DNA from: Candidatus Bathyarchaeota archaeon
Lineage (GTDB): Archaea; Thermoproteota; Bathyarchaeia; Bathyarchaeales; Bathycorpusculaceae
Length of the DNA stretch: 64,000 nucleotides
NCBI GenBank assembly: GCA_963826715.1
Contig: CAWGYA010000008.1
Coordinates: 832,001 to 896,000 of the forward strand
Direction: 5' to 3'
Part shown: positions 11,498 to 21,309 of the stretch, piece by piece
How the letters are laid out: each line of letters opens with the position of its first letter
Position numbering within the stretch: position 1 is the first letter of the stretch
The notes under the pieces: model-generated
Told to the model about the DNA's origin: nothing
Seen by the model: the letters and a program-made list of their open reading frames with translations, nothing else
Database searches by the model: none
Translations under genes and position numbers: made by a program

Positions 11498-11830
11498 TTA
11501 TTCTGGCTTTTTACGATAAATATCAACTTTTAGCCCCTTATTTAACTCGTGAGGTAACGAATACTGGCGCCATTCGTGAACTTCATCATTTGCAGGCGAA
11601 TACTCTGTCCCCGAAGCTGTAACTCTAATGCTCCCCGAATTACGCAAAGCTTCCAGGGCAGTATAAACATCTTGATGGCTAAATCCTTCATTACTGAGTT
11701 GTTGATCAAAACTAATTGAGCCTGACCCATAAGTTAAGGTGCTTAGAATAATTGCCCTTAAATCCTCTAAACGACTTTCCTCTTTGCTTTCATTTCCTGC
11801 CGAGGGTACAACCATTTTGTTATCCAGCAA
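11498..11830 (-). CDS. Hypothetical protein, possible winged-helix
   Basis: 110 aa ORF; VYTALEALRNSGSIRVT resembles wHTH recognition helix plus wing. Confidence 0.5.
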   Translation of the reverse strand: MLDNKMVVPSAGNESKEESRLEDLRAIILSTLTYGSGSISFDQQLSNEGFSHQDVYTALEALRNSGSIRVTASGTEYSPANDEVHEWRQYSLPHELNKGLKVDIYRKKPE

Positions 11831-12141
11831 TAAACTAGAAACTGTCTGCTAGAGTACTAATCCCTTTCTCCCTTCTATGCAAGATTCCAACAACTGAGAT
11901 TTCATCTCCTGAATAAAACACTTAATGAGGCTGATCCAGCCCTTCTTTGGCCGGCAAAAACTTTTCTCTTATCTATTTTTCCATTTAATTATTTCTATCC
12001 TGCTTAGATTTCACAAAACAAAGCCGTTGAACGAATAACAACAACACAATATGTGCTGATGGTAATTGCCCGATCACTCATTCACAAGATAGCGAATATT
12101 GCCACATTCAAACATCAGTAGCGCACAGGGCACTTGTTTAC

Positions 12142-12474
12142 TTAACGCCAATTACATTTCAATTTGGAAATAGCAACACTTCTACAATATTTTTCGTTAA
12201 ACATATCTATAATCTGTTTTTGCCTTTCCATAAAATCTAAACCCCTTTCTGTAGATTTATAAACTGTTTTTCCAGTATCCTCAACTTTTGAAAGGAGATT
12301 GTAATTTAGTAGAAATCCAATATACTCATTTAATTGGCTGAAACTAAGGTTAGCTTTAAACATAATATGTGTCTTGGACGAACCTTTATTGGCTATCTCA
12401 ATAATTTCTGTCATGATAACAAGTTTATCGCGTCTTTTCGACTTGATACCCATTAATTCTAAAGTCATAGTCAT
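12142..12474 (-). CDS. Archaeal winged helix-turn-helix protein (HTH_45-like)
   Basis: RRDKLVIMTEII, KTHIMFKANLSFSQL, YKSTERG. Confidence 0.88.
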   Translation of the reverse strand: MTMTLELMGIKSKRRDKLVIMTEIIEIANKGSSKTHIMFKANLSFSQLNEYIGFLLNYNLLSKVEDTGKTVYKSTERGLDFMERQKQIIDMFNEKYCRSVAISKLKCNWR

Positions 12475-12589
12475 ACTCTTCTAGATGTTTTATCCATACG
12501 TAAAACAAAGATTTCTTGTTATAAGTCATGTTTCAACCGTCTTATTGTATCAGATTCAGTAATATCAAAAAGTTAAAAAAAAATAGACC

Positions 12590-13408
12590 CTAACAGGTTC
12601 CTGCCAGTTTATCTACTATACTCTGGAAGATGAGTTTCCCGTCCCCATACTTCAATAGCTGGCTTTCTCGAGTCCAATCTGGTTGCTGCCACCAATACAT
12701 CGCCCTTTCAGGATGAGGCATCAAGCCAAAAATGTTACCCTCAGGGTTGCAGATACCTGCAATGTCATAGAAGCTGCCGTTAGGATTAGCGGGGTATTTG
12801 CCGTCAGCGATTTCACCGTCTTTACTGCAGTAACGCAAAACCAGCATATCCTCGTCAATTAGTTTTTTAAGCAAAGCCTCTTCTTGCTCTTTGGGAAACA
12901 GCAACCGCCCCTCACCGTGAGCTATGGGCAAGCGGATGGTTTTGCCCAAAGGAATCTTGCTTGTGAAGGCACATCTGCCACGGTTCTCTTGCTTCAAGTA
13001 AACCCATTTACACTTGAAACCTGCCGGTTCATTGGTGGTCAAGGTGGCTTCAGGGTAGGCGCTGATTCCGCTGAAACCAGGTAGCAATCCATACTCAACT
13101 AATATTTGAAAGCCGTTGCATATGCCCAAAACTGGTCTACCCTCGTCCACGAACATCTCGATTTCCTTGCCTATGTTCGCGGCGAGGTGCCGAGCAAAGA
13201 TAACACCCGAGCGGACATAGTCACCATAAGAGAAGCCTCCGGGGAGCACGAGCACGTTATAGTCCAGCAGGTTGTGGCGTTTGATGAGTTCACTGACTTG
13301 CAGAGTTTCCGCTTGTACACCCATTTTGGTAAAGGCGCGTTTGGTTTCAGCATCGCAATTGGTTCCACCGACACGGAGCACACAAACTTTAATGTCTTCA
13401 ATTTTCAT
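12590..13408 (-). CDS. purQ: FGAM synthase glutaminase subunit
   Basis: GTNCD, PGGFSYGDY, GICNGFQ, IAHGEG, NPNGS, GLMPHPER. Confidence 0.97.
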   Translation of the reverse strand: MKIEDIKVCVLRVGGTNCDAETKRAFTKMGVQAETLQVSELIKRHNLLDYNVLVLPGGFSYGDYVRSGVIFARHLAANIGKEIEMFVDEGRPVLGICNGFQILVEYGLLPGFSGISAYPEATLTTNEPAGFKCKWVYLKQENRGRCAFTSKIPLGKTIRLPIAHGEGRLLFPKEQEEALLKKLIDEDMLVLRYCSKDGEIADGKYPANPNGSFYDIAGICNPEGNIFGLMPHPERAMYWWQQPDWTRESQLLKYGDGKLIFQSIVDKLAGTC

Positions 13409-15792
13409 TGAGTAGTCTCCTCAGCGTTAAGGGTTTTCTTCCAGCTGTGTCGCAGCTTATTCAGCTCAGCGTCAACAACAACTTTACCCTTTAATCCTTT
13501 GATTTTGAGTCTCTCTTCTTTCACAACTTTGCCGATTAAGACACAGCTTTTGCCATGCATAAACTCCTCAAAATCAGGTCTATTCGATTCTGCCACCTCT
13601 ATTAGAAATCGACTGTTTGACTCTGAAAAAAGCACAAAATCATCCCTCTCCACATCCCTTCGTGGCACCTGCGCAAGATCAAGTTCTAAACCTAAACCAC
13701 CTGCAAACGCCATCTCTGCTGCCGCCACAGCCAACCCGCCCTCCGATATGTCATGACACGATTTCACAAAACCCAAGTCGATGGCTTTAGTCACTGCTTT
13801 AAACGTACGCTTGGCTTTGCCACCCCGAACTTTAGGAACAGATGCACCAAGATAACCCTGAAGTTTGTAATACTCTGAGCCACCCAATTCAGGGTGGGTT
13901 TCCCCGATGATGTAGAGCAAATTACCTGCTGCTTTGAGATCCATTGAAGTGGTGACTTCAACATTTGGCAAAACACCAACTGCAGTAACAAGCAATGTTG
14001 GCGTGACAGATCCAAGTGGCGATTCATTGTAGAGGCTATCTTTGCCAGAAATAAACGGCGCCTTAAACAAAACTGAGAAATCATAACATGCTTCGCAAGC
14101 GCGTACAAGCGAACCCAATCGCTCTGGCTTCTCCGGATTGCCCCATGTGAAATTATCAAGTAGCGCGACTCTACGTCCGCCAACAGCAACATTGTTGCGT
14201 ATGGCTTCATCTATTGCTGAAGCCGCCATCCAGTAAGCATCAATTTTACCATAGTTGGGGTTCATACCACAACTAATCGCCAAACCTTTAACAGAATCAT
14301 CGACGGGTTTGAGCACTGCAGCATCGTTGGGACCTGCATAGTCACCTTGTAGCGGTTTGAGGGTTGTGTTGCCTTTAACTTCATGGTCATAGGTGCGAAT
14401 AACGCTTTCTTTACTTGCAATGTTTGGCGCCGCAAGAAGTTTAAGCAAGGTGTCTGTGAGGTTTTCAGGCTCTGCGATTTCTGGTTCAGTAAGTTTAGGG
14501 TTTTCGATAACTGCGACTTTGCTGCTTTCACAGGGGTTAAACATGAATTCCATATCGATGTCCGCAACAACTTCCTCGTTATAGGTTAGCTGTAAACGTC
14601 TCTCCAAGATTAGCTTGCCAATTGCAGTGGCTGTCACGTCTTCTTTTTCGAAAATCGCCATAACTTGCTCCAAATTTTCAGGCGGGACCGCCATGAGCAT
14701 GCGTTCTTGCGATTCGGAGAGGTAAATTTCCCATGGGGAGAGCCCTTTATACTTCAACGGCACTTTAGCTAAATCCACCCTGATGCCGCAATTAAAGCGC
14801 TCGCCCGTTTCACCGACTGCTGAGGATAACCCTCCGCCACCGATATCAGTTATGGCAGAGCCCAACTGCAGGTCTCGAATTTCTACGACAGTGCGCTTGA
14901 CTTTTTCTTCCTCGATTGGATCTGCGATTTGAACAGCGGGTCTTGAGATTTCTTCGGATTTCTCGGTGAGTTCAGCTGAGGCGAAAGTTACGCCGTGGAT
15001 GCCGTCTCTACCTGTTTTGCCGCCTGAGAGCACAATGATATCTCCGACTTTGGCGTTTTTCTTGTACTTGCTGAGCGGCAGAAGCCCAATGCACCCGCAG
15101 TAAACGATAACGTTGCCTGTGTAGCTGTCATCAAAGTATATGGCGCCGTTAACAGTGGGGATGCCCATGTTGTTGCCATAAGCGCTAATGCCCGCGGTAA
15201 CGCCCATGTACACATACTTGGGATGTTTAATTCCTACAGGAAGTTTGTTGTAATCATAATCGAGTGGGCCAAAACCCAAAACATCAGTGCATGCAATAGG
15301 ATCCGCCCATACACCCAAGATATCTCGGATAACTCCACCTACGCCTGTTGCTGCACCACCAAAAGGCTCAACAGCAGATGGATGATTATGAGTTTCCACT
15401 TTAGCTGCAATCCCATAGCCCCTGTCGAATTTGACTATTCCAGCGTTGTCTTCAAAGACGCTCACGCACCATGGTGCCTTGATTTGCTTGGTGGCTTTGG
15501 CTATGTATGTTTTAAAAAGGCTCTGGATTGTTTTGTCGCCGATCTGGATTTTGCCTTTGAAGGTTTTGTGACAACAATGTTCACTCCAACTCTGGCTGAT
15601 AGTCTGCAACTCCACATCGGTGGGGCTGCGGTTTTCACTTCGAAAATAAGCTTGAATTTCTTTCAGTTCTTCTGGACTGAAGCCTAAAGCGAGTTCATTG
15701 TTGATTTCGCTGAGTTGCTCTTGGGTGGCGTTTGCCGTAGCAATCTCCATTACTTTGCTGGGTTTGCGTTGGGTGATGAGGTCCGCGATCAT
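13405..15792 (-). CDS. purL: FGAM synthase synthetase subunit
   Basis: QSWSEHCCHK, KVETHNHPS, GAATGVGGVIRD, GRDGIHG, SESQERM, ISGKDS, HDISEGG. Confidence 0.97.
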   Translation of the reverse strand: MIADLITQRKPSKVMEIATANATQEQLSEINNELALGFSPEELKEIQAYFRSENRSPTDVELQTISQSWSEHCCHKTFKGKIQIGDKTIQSLFKTYIAKATKQIKAPWCVSVFEDNAGIVKFDRGYGIAAKVETHNHPSAVEPFGGAATGVGGVIRDILGVWADPIACTDVLGFGPLDYDYNKLPVGIKHPKYVYMGVTAGISAYGNNMGIPTVNGAIYFDDSYTGNVIVYCGCIGLLPLSKYKKNAKVGDIIVLSGGKTGRDGIHGVTFASAELTEKSEEISRPAVQIADPIEEEKVKRTVVEIRDLQLGSAITDIGGGGLSSAVGETGERFNCGIRVDLAKVPLKYKGLSPWEIYLSESQERMLMAVPPENLEQVMAIFEKEDVTATAIGKLILERRLQLTYNEEVVADIDMEFMFNPCESSKVAVIENPKLTEPEIAEPENLTDTLLKLLAAPNIASKESVIRTYDHEVKGNTTLKPLQGDYAGPNDAAVLKPVDDSVKGLAISCGMNPNYGKIDAYWMAASAIDEAIRNNVAVGGRRVALLDNFTWGNPEKPERLGSLVRACEACYDFSVLFKAPFISGKDSLYNESPLGSVTPTLLVTAVGVLPNVEVTTSMDLKAAGNLLYIIGETHPELGGSEYYKLQGYLGASVPKVRGGKAKRTFKAVTKAIDLGFVKSCHDISEGGLAVAAAEMAFAGGLGLELDLAQVPRRDVERDDFVLFSESNSRFLIEVAESNRPDFEEFMHGKSCVLIGKVVKEERLKIKGLKGKVVVDAELNKLRHSWKKTLNAEETTQ

Positions 15793-16040
15793 TGTTGTTC
15801 AGCGACGCTTATGCTGTAGTTGTCTTTTGTTGGGTTTGCAAGGAGCCTTTTACTCATTTCCTCAGCCTTTGTTTCCGCTTCAGAAATTGAGTTGGCTTCC
15901 AAAAATACGGTGTAAACTTTGCTAACGTCTACGGCTTCTACTTTGTAGCCGAGTTCTACGAGGAGTCGCTGGGTGGTTTCGCCTTCCGGATTGCTATGTC
16001 CGGGTTTGAGGCTGACTTCGATTTTGGCAGCGAATTTCAT
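15789..16040 (-). CDS. purS: FGAM synthase PurS subunit
   Basis: VSLKPGHSNPEG, RLLANP; overlaps purL start. Confidence 0.95.
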   Translation of the reverse strand: MKFAAKIEVSLKPGHSNPEGETTQRLLVELGYKVEAVDVSKVYTVFLEANSISEAETKAEEMSKRLLANPTKDNYSISVAEQQ

Positions 16041-16098
16041 AAGCTTTTAAATTAAGCTATTGAGATTTAAACGCTTTCGTTACAAACAATGCAAAACT

Positions 16099-17186
16099 CT
16101 ACGACAGAATCATCCGTTTCTCTGCGTATTTAATTTCGACAACGCGTTCTTTGTCTGTAACTTTGCCGATCCGCTCTGGCTCCATACCCGCTTGACTTAG
16201 AATATCTAATCGCCTTATCAACGTCGAGTTTCGTCAACAATAATACCAAAACCCCAGCCCATGTTAAAGGTCTTGAACATTTCCTCATCAGTAATTGTGT
16301 ATCCGAGCTCTGATGCAGTTCGTTGGATCACACTAAAGATGGGTTGTGGCTTGAAATTCGTCAAACAAAAAGCCAATGCCCGGCGAATATGCTAGCCAAC
16401 ATTGTTGAATTTCATATAAGAGTCGCCTGTTATATGCACAGCTGCTTTCACTTTAATTTCACGAGCCAGTTTTAGAAATGGCTTTACGTAGATTTTGGTT
16501 GGTTCAAGTGCTTCAAGCACAACTTCTCTCTCCAAACCTTCTGGAATATCATTAGGCTCATATTTACCTCCCCACTTCTTGAAGAGGATTTTTCTAGCCA
16601 TGGTAATGCCGTTACTGTGCAACCCGCTACTAGCTAACCCGATGATTTGGTCACCCGGTTTGACGCCCTTGCCCGTTATGATGTTTTGGCGCTCAACTTT
16701 GCCCACGCATGAGGCAACCATGTCAAAACCCGAGTAGGGTGTAATGCCCTTGATGATTTCTGCAACGTCTCCTGTTTCACCGTTCACAATTGGACACTCG
16801 GATTCCTCTGCGCCCGAGATTAAGCCATTTAGCCACGCTTTGACAAGGTTGGGTTCACTGGCTACTGCGTGAATGTTATCTGCAAGGGCAAGCGGTTTAG
16901 CGCCGGAGCGAATAACATCATTTACAACCATAGCTATCGCGTCTATACCGATTGTGTCGTGTTTTTTTGCAAGTTCCGCGATTAAGACTTTGGTGCCGAC
17001 ACCTTCGATTTGAAGGTCCAAAAACGTGTCTTCGTCAACTGGGAAAATGTTGCCAAAGGGCAAGTGCATGATGCCACCAAAACCAATATGCTTGTATGTT
17101 TCTTTGAGGGTTGAGAGCGCTTTTTTGGATTCATGGCGTTGTGATCGGTTGACGCCAGCATCAGTGTAAGTATAGTTTTTAGGCAT
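16099..17186 (-). CDS. purM: AIR synthetase; 3' third broken by several single-base frameshifts
   Basis: YTDAGV, EGVGTK, GETG, SSGLHSNG, PTKIY, HITG; downstream frames give PQPIFSVIQR, EEMFKTFNMGWG, RIGKV ending at TAG 16099. Confidence 0.92.
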
Positions 17187-17334
17187 CGCTATTTCTCCTT
17201 GCACTCTAAAAGTGTAGAATGCTCTCTGATAATTATTTTGTTTTTATACTCAAATGTTTGATGATTAGATGAGTTCGCCATAATCATAATCCAATAGGGC
17301 AATGTTTTAGTGTATAAAACCCGCACAGTAGGCT

Positions 17335-18190
17335 TTGATTAACTTGCCTAATCCCAAGTACCACATCTACATTGAATATAGTGAGCCTGACAAGTCTGGC
17401 ATTCGATTCAACGTTCCCCATTCAGAACTAATTGGGGCATTCTCAGAATCTTTTGTCAACGGCGAACCCTTCTGGTTTATGGGACGCCTCCTAAACCCAA
17501 TCAAAGTCACCAAAGTCATTATCTTTTGGTCATACGAAACAGCCGACCAACTGCGTTTACCAAACCATGAAAATCTAATATCAGCTAAAGACAAAAAATA
17601 CGTCATCGACAACGTCCTAAAAGGTAGAGTTAAAGGCGTTTACCTCTGCACCGAAGAATTTGTCGATGTGGCCCAAAAAAACTCCGTGTCAACTCCACAA
17701 CACTCAGAGCGCAGCTTTAACTCCAAAAGGCACTCCACGACGAATAATCGTAGTTTCCGGAACAGATGAAACAATGAAACCCACCATTACTGCAGCTTTG
17801 AAAAAACTCGGTCTCGCTTCGATAGTAATGAGCGAAGAACCTAGCCAAGGTAAAAAAATTGTCGACCGCTTCGCAGAATATAATGATGTAGGATTTGCTG
17901 TGGTCTTGCTTTCACCTGATGTTTACGTCTACCCAAAGGGTGAAGAAGCTACAAAACGCAAACGCATCCCAAAACAAGACGTGACATTAATGTTTGGATT
18001 CCTATTAGGTAAACTTGGGAAAAATAATGTGCTTGCTTTCTATAAGGAAACCCCAAACTTCGTATTTCCAATAGAGTTTGAAGGTGTAAAATTTACGGCT
18101 TTAGATGACCGCGACAGCTGGAAGCTTACTCTCATTCGTGAACTCACCAGTTGCGGCTATATCGTTGATGCTGAGCGACTTCTAAGATAA
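17335..18190 (+). CDS. Protein with unknown N-terminal domain and TIR-like (Cap12/PycTIR-type) nucleotide-binding domain, frameshift near 17700
   Basis: IIVVSGTD, LKKLGL, VGFAVVLLSPD, QDVTLMFGFLLGKLG, WKLTLIREL..GY; two overlapping ORFs join in a low-complexity linker. Confidence 0.8.
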
Positions 18191-18473
18191 GATCTAAAAA
18201 CTTACAACAGTCAATCCATCACGATTTTTTCTTTAGATAATGTCTCCTGTTATCAGGAAGCCGTTTTTACTGAGGATACTTTCGGAGTCAAGATTTGTTT
18301 TCGGTTGTTGACCTGTTTTTAATGTTAAATGCAAATAGCTTACCAAAAGGGACTCTTAGGGCAGCCAAATGAGCTGGTAATTGGACAGGCTACGTAAACT
18401 ATCAGGCATCGCCTACCTGGTTGAGGGTGACATAATCCTAAAATAACTCCCTGAAGGTTTCTGATAGGAGTGC

Positions 18474-18546
18474 GCGGTTGTAGTCTAGCTCGGTAGGACT
18501 CCAGCTTCCCAAGCTGGCTACCCGGGTTCAAATCCCGGCAACCGCA
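18474..18546 (+). tRNA. tRNA-Gly (anticodon CCC), no intron, CCA not encoded
   Basis: Acceptor GCGGTTG/CAACCGC + A; anticodon arm CCAGC-TTCCCAA-GCTGG; T arm CCGGG-TTCAAAT-CCCGG. Confidence 0.96.
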
Positions 18547-18567
18547 TTTTAACCTCACCATAATTCA

Positions 18568-18592
18568 GGTTTGAATCCCAGCGGGTTTACCA
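18568..18592 (+). other. Degenerate tRNA 3'-half fragment (possible att scar)
   Basis: GGTTTGAATCCCAGCGGGTTTACCA resembles T-loop + acceptor strand + CCA; ACCATAATT occurs on both sides. Confidence 0.45.
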
Positions 18593-18851
18593 TAATTTCC
18601 CGTGCTAATGTATACTTGCTCGAGTATCCCTTATTAGAGGGAAAAATAATTGCCGACAACCCTTTTTCAATGCTTTATTATGAGAGACAAGTTTGAATGC
18701 TTCTTCCAAAGTTAAATTGTTACGTTGTAAATGTCTATACTATACGGAATTTTCCTTCTGGTGCTCGTGGGAAGTGTTGGTCTTTTGCACTATTTATTGT
18801 TTAGCAATTCTTATATCTGCGTAAACCTATAATTTTTTAGGAGATTTTTTA

Positions 18852-19268
18852 ATGGTTGAAAAGCCTAAAGAAATTCTTTTAAAGCCAACTCTGAAAAAAT
18901 ACCTCATAACATGGAGTCTCGATCTTGATCGAACAGAACTCGACAAGATCTCGCAGCATCCAGATGTTCTGAACAAAGGCTTAAAGTACATAAGAAGCAC
19001 CACAAGAAGAAACCCAATTAGCATCTACCGAATAGGCTCACTGGAGGAAATTTCTCATTTTGTTCATACTAACCGCTTAAGCTCAGCTAAGTCAGCTCAT
19101 CCTCACGGCATCGCAATTGCTGAAGCAACATCTATCGAAGAAGCAAAAAAAATGGTTGATCTGCTAGTTGAAGGTCTAGGATTTGGTTTCGGCTCATTTC
19201 CAGTGAAAAACTATCTTGAATATGATATAAACCCATTAATCGAAGTCTCAGCAGAAGGGAGGCAATAA
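18852..19268 (+). CDS. Hypothetical protein, YCII/DUF3303-like alpha+beta barrel candidate
   Basis: KYLITW start, GIAIAEATSIEEAKKMV and YDINPL end resemble dimeric alpha+beta barrels; 1 bp before next gene. Confidence 0.6.
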   Translation: MVEKPKEILLKPTLKKYLITWSLDLDRTELDKISQHPDVLNKGLKYIRSTTRRNPISIYRIGSLEEISHFVHTNRLSSAKSAHPHGIAIAEATSIEEAKKMVDLLVEGLGFGFGSFPVKNYLEYDINPLIEVSAEGRQ

Positions 19269-19269
19269 T

Positions 19270-20202
19270 ATGTCCGTTTTTGACATTGTCGGAGTTGTCA
19301 AATATGGCAACATGGTGCTTCAAGCATCAACAGTGAAATTTGAAAAAAACAGTAAATTGGTATTGGCTCCTTCGGAGAAGAACATGTATCCTCCGAAGTC
19401 ATTGACGATAATTGCAGATAGAATCGAAGTCGTTGACCACGCAGAAATAACCTATGATTTCGATGGGCTTCCGGGTTTTGACCCTGACACACCTGCCCTG
19501 CCGCAGATGGGGACCGTGCCAAACGCTGCTAACGGCTCATCAATCCCAGGCGAAGGTAGTTACCCACAAGCCATAGACGGCGGACCTGGACATCCCGGAT
19601 CAACAGGACTCAAAGGCATAAATGGACAAGATGCCCCAGAGCTGCAAATATTTGTCGGCGAAATAATTCAAACATTTTCAGATGCAATCAAAGTAAACTT
19701 CAAGGGCCAAGATGGAGGTAAAGGTGGAAAAGGCGGCAATGGAGGCAAAGGAGGAGATGGCCAACAAGGAGCAGCCTCACAAGCAAGCGATTCATGGTAT
19801 GACGGCGATCAATGCGATCGAGAACCAGGAAAAGGTGGAAATGGTGGACGAGGCGGCGACGCAGGATTTCCAGGAAGAGGCGGCTCTGGAGGAACAGGAG
19901 GCGTAATCAAAGTTTTTGCAAAAGCAGCATCTTTACCTGCAGCTCAAGGCTGGACTTATATTGTTAAAGGCGGACGAGGCGGCGACGCAGGTGACCCCGG
20001 GAATAAAGGTGCAGGCGGAAAAGGTGGACCGCAAGGAACTAAGAATGACCCATGTCCCGAACGACCAGAGTATCACGGATCAGATGGCCCCAATGGGCAA
20101 TCTATGGATGATGTTGATACCAATTGGCAACTAACTTACAAAGGCAAAGACGGCGCAGAAGGAGAATCCAATACCTATGAACTCACAGGAGTACCTAACT
20201 AG
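19270..20202 (+). CDS. Glycine-rich G-G-X/G-X-Y repeat protein 1
   Basis: GQDGGKGGKGGNGGKGGDG, GKGGNGGRGGDAG blocks separated by beta-like segments; GGAGG SD; no signal peptide visible. Confidence 0.85.
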   Translation: MSVFDIVGVVKYGNMVLQASTVKFEKNSKLVLAPSEKNMYPPKSLTIIADRIEVVDHAEITYDFDGLPGFDPDTPALPQMGTVPNAANGSSIPGEGSYPQAIDGGPGHPGSTGLKGINGQDAPELQIFVGEIIQTFSDAIKVNFKGQDGGKGGKGGNGGKGGDGQQGAASQASDSWYDGDQCDREPGKGGNGGRGGDAGFPGRGGSGGTGGVIKVFAKAASLPAAQGWTYIVKGGRGGDAGDPGNKGAGGKGGPQGTKNDPCPERPEYHGSDGPNGQSMDDVDTNWQLTYKGKDGAEGESNTYELTGVPN

Positions 20203-20217
20203 GAGGATGATGGTTAA

Positions 20218-21264
20218 ATGATAATAACTCAAATATTCACAGTAACAGGAAACACCGATGTTGACGACGACATTATCTTCTGTCGCAGACTCGAATTCAT
20301 AGGTCCATCAGCACAGCTCGTAATTAAGCCCAAGAAAAACGCTCCTCCAGGAGCACCACGCATTCTAAAGATTGTAGCAAACGTAATCGACTCAACACTA
20401 GCAGGCGGTTCTGGTGAAATAACCTACAACCTTGATGGCGACTACTTCCCTGCAATTGAATTACCGATTGGAGACAGTGGAATAGACCCAGAGACACAAG
20501 CCAAAACAGGAGACGACGGAAAACCCAGCTTCAACCAAGGACCAATCCCTCTACCGGATATTGCATCGCCCAACTTTGACCCCATTTTGGATGCACTAAA
20601 TCTCGGAAATTACCCGAAAGCAACCAACGGCGGAGACGGTGCTACAGGCGGACGAGGCAACAAAGGCGTTAACGGAGTCAATGCCCCCATAGTCGAAATT
20701 TGGACTACAGAAATCGACGGTAAGCTTGTTCTTGACCTCAGAGGACAAAAGGGCGGTATAGGCGGGAAAGGTGGAAATGGAGAATTTGGTGGAAACGGCC
20801 AAAATGGCTCCACTGCTGTTGAAGGCACAGACACCACATGGATAGGCGTTCCAAATCCTGTCTGTAAACAAGGACCGGGACTGGCAGGTGACGGTGGAAG
20901 AGGAGGCAATGCAGGCTGTGGCGGTGACGGCGGTGACGGCGGAAACGGAGGGACTGCAAAGCTTTTCTATACAAACGGAGTAAACTTAGCAAACGTAATT
21001 ACAAACTTGCAAAAAGGCAAGGCCGGTCAGCCTGGTAGCTCAGGAAATCCGGGAAATGGTGGCAAAGCGGGAAAACCCGGCTCCAATCTTCTAACAACCT
21101 GTAACCCAGCACTAAATTCTCTAGACGGTGCCAATGGTGCCTCCTGTGTTCGAGAAGGAGATAAAGGAGGCGGAATTGCACAACTGGGAGCAGACGGATT
21201 AGACGGTCAGTATTTCAAGTATGCGATTAAAGCAATACCTCAAATGCCAGGACTTTGGCCATAG
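20218..21264 (+). CDS. Glycine-rich G-G-X/G-X-Y repeat protein 2 (paralog of protein 1)
   Basis: Shared architecture (EITY, G.NG.NAP, GQKGGIGGKGGNG, Cys positions); AGGAGG SD. Confidence 0.85.
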   Translation: MIITQIFTVTGNTDVDDDIIFCRRLEFIGPSAQLVIKPKKNAPPGAPRILKIVANVIDSTLAGGSGEITYNLDGDYFPAIELPIGDSGIDPETQAKTGDDGKPSFNQGPIPLPDIASPNFDPILDALNLGNYPKATNGGDGATGGRGNKGVNGVNAPIVEIWTTEIDGKLVLDLRGQKGGIGGKGGNGEFGGNGQNGSTAVEGTDTTWIGVPNPVCKQGPGLAGDGGRGGNAGCGGDGGDGGNGGTAKLFYTNGVNLANVITNLQKGKAGQPGSSGNPGNGGKAGKPGSNLLTTCNPALNSLDGANGASCVREGDKGGGIAQLGADGLDGQYFKYAIKAIPQMPGLWP

Positions 21265-21309
21265 AAACATAACATCAGAAAAAATGGTCGCTTTTGAGAC
21301 CAATTTTTT

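Noticed and set aside
12884-15925. Many short antisense or alternate-frame ORFs in the ORF track (here and throughout the window)
   Set aside because: They are shadows of well-supported genes and carry no independent motifs
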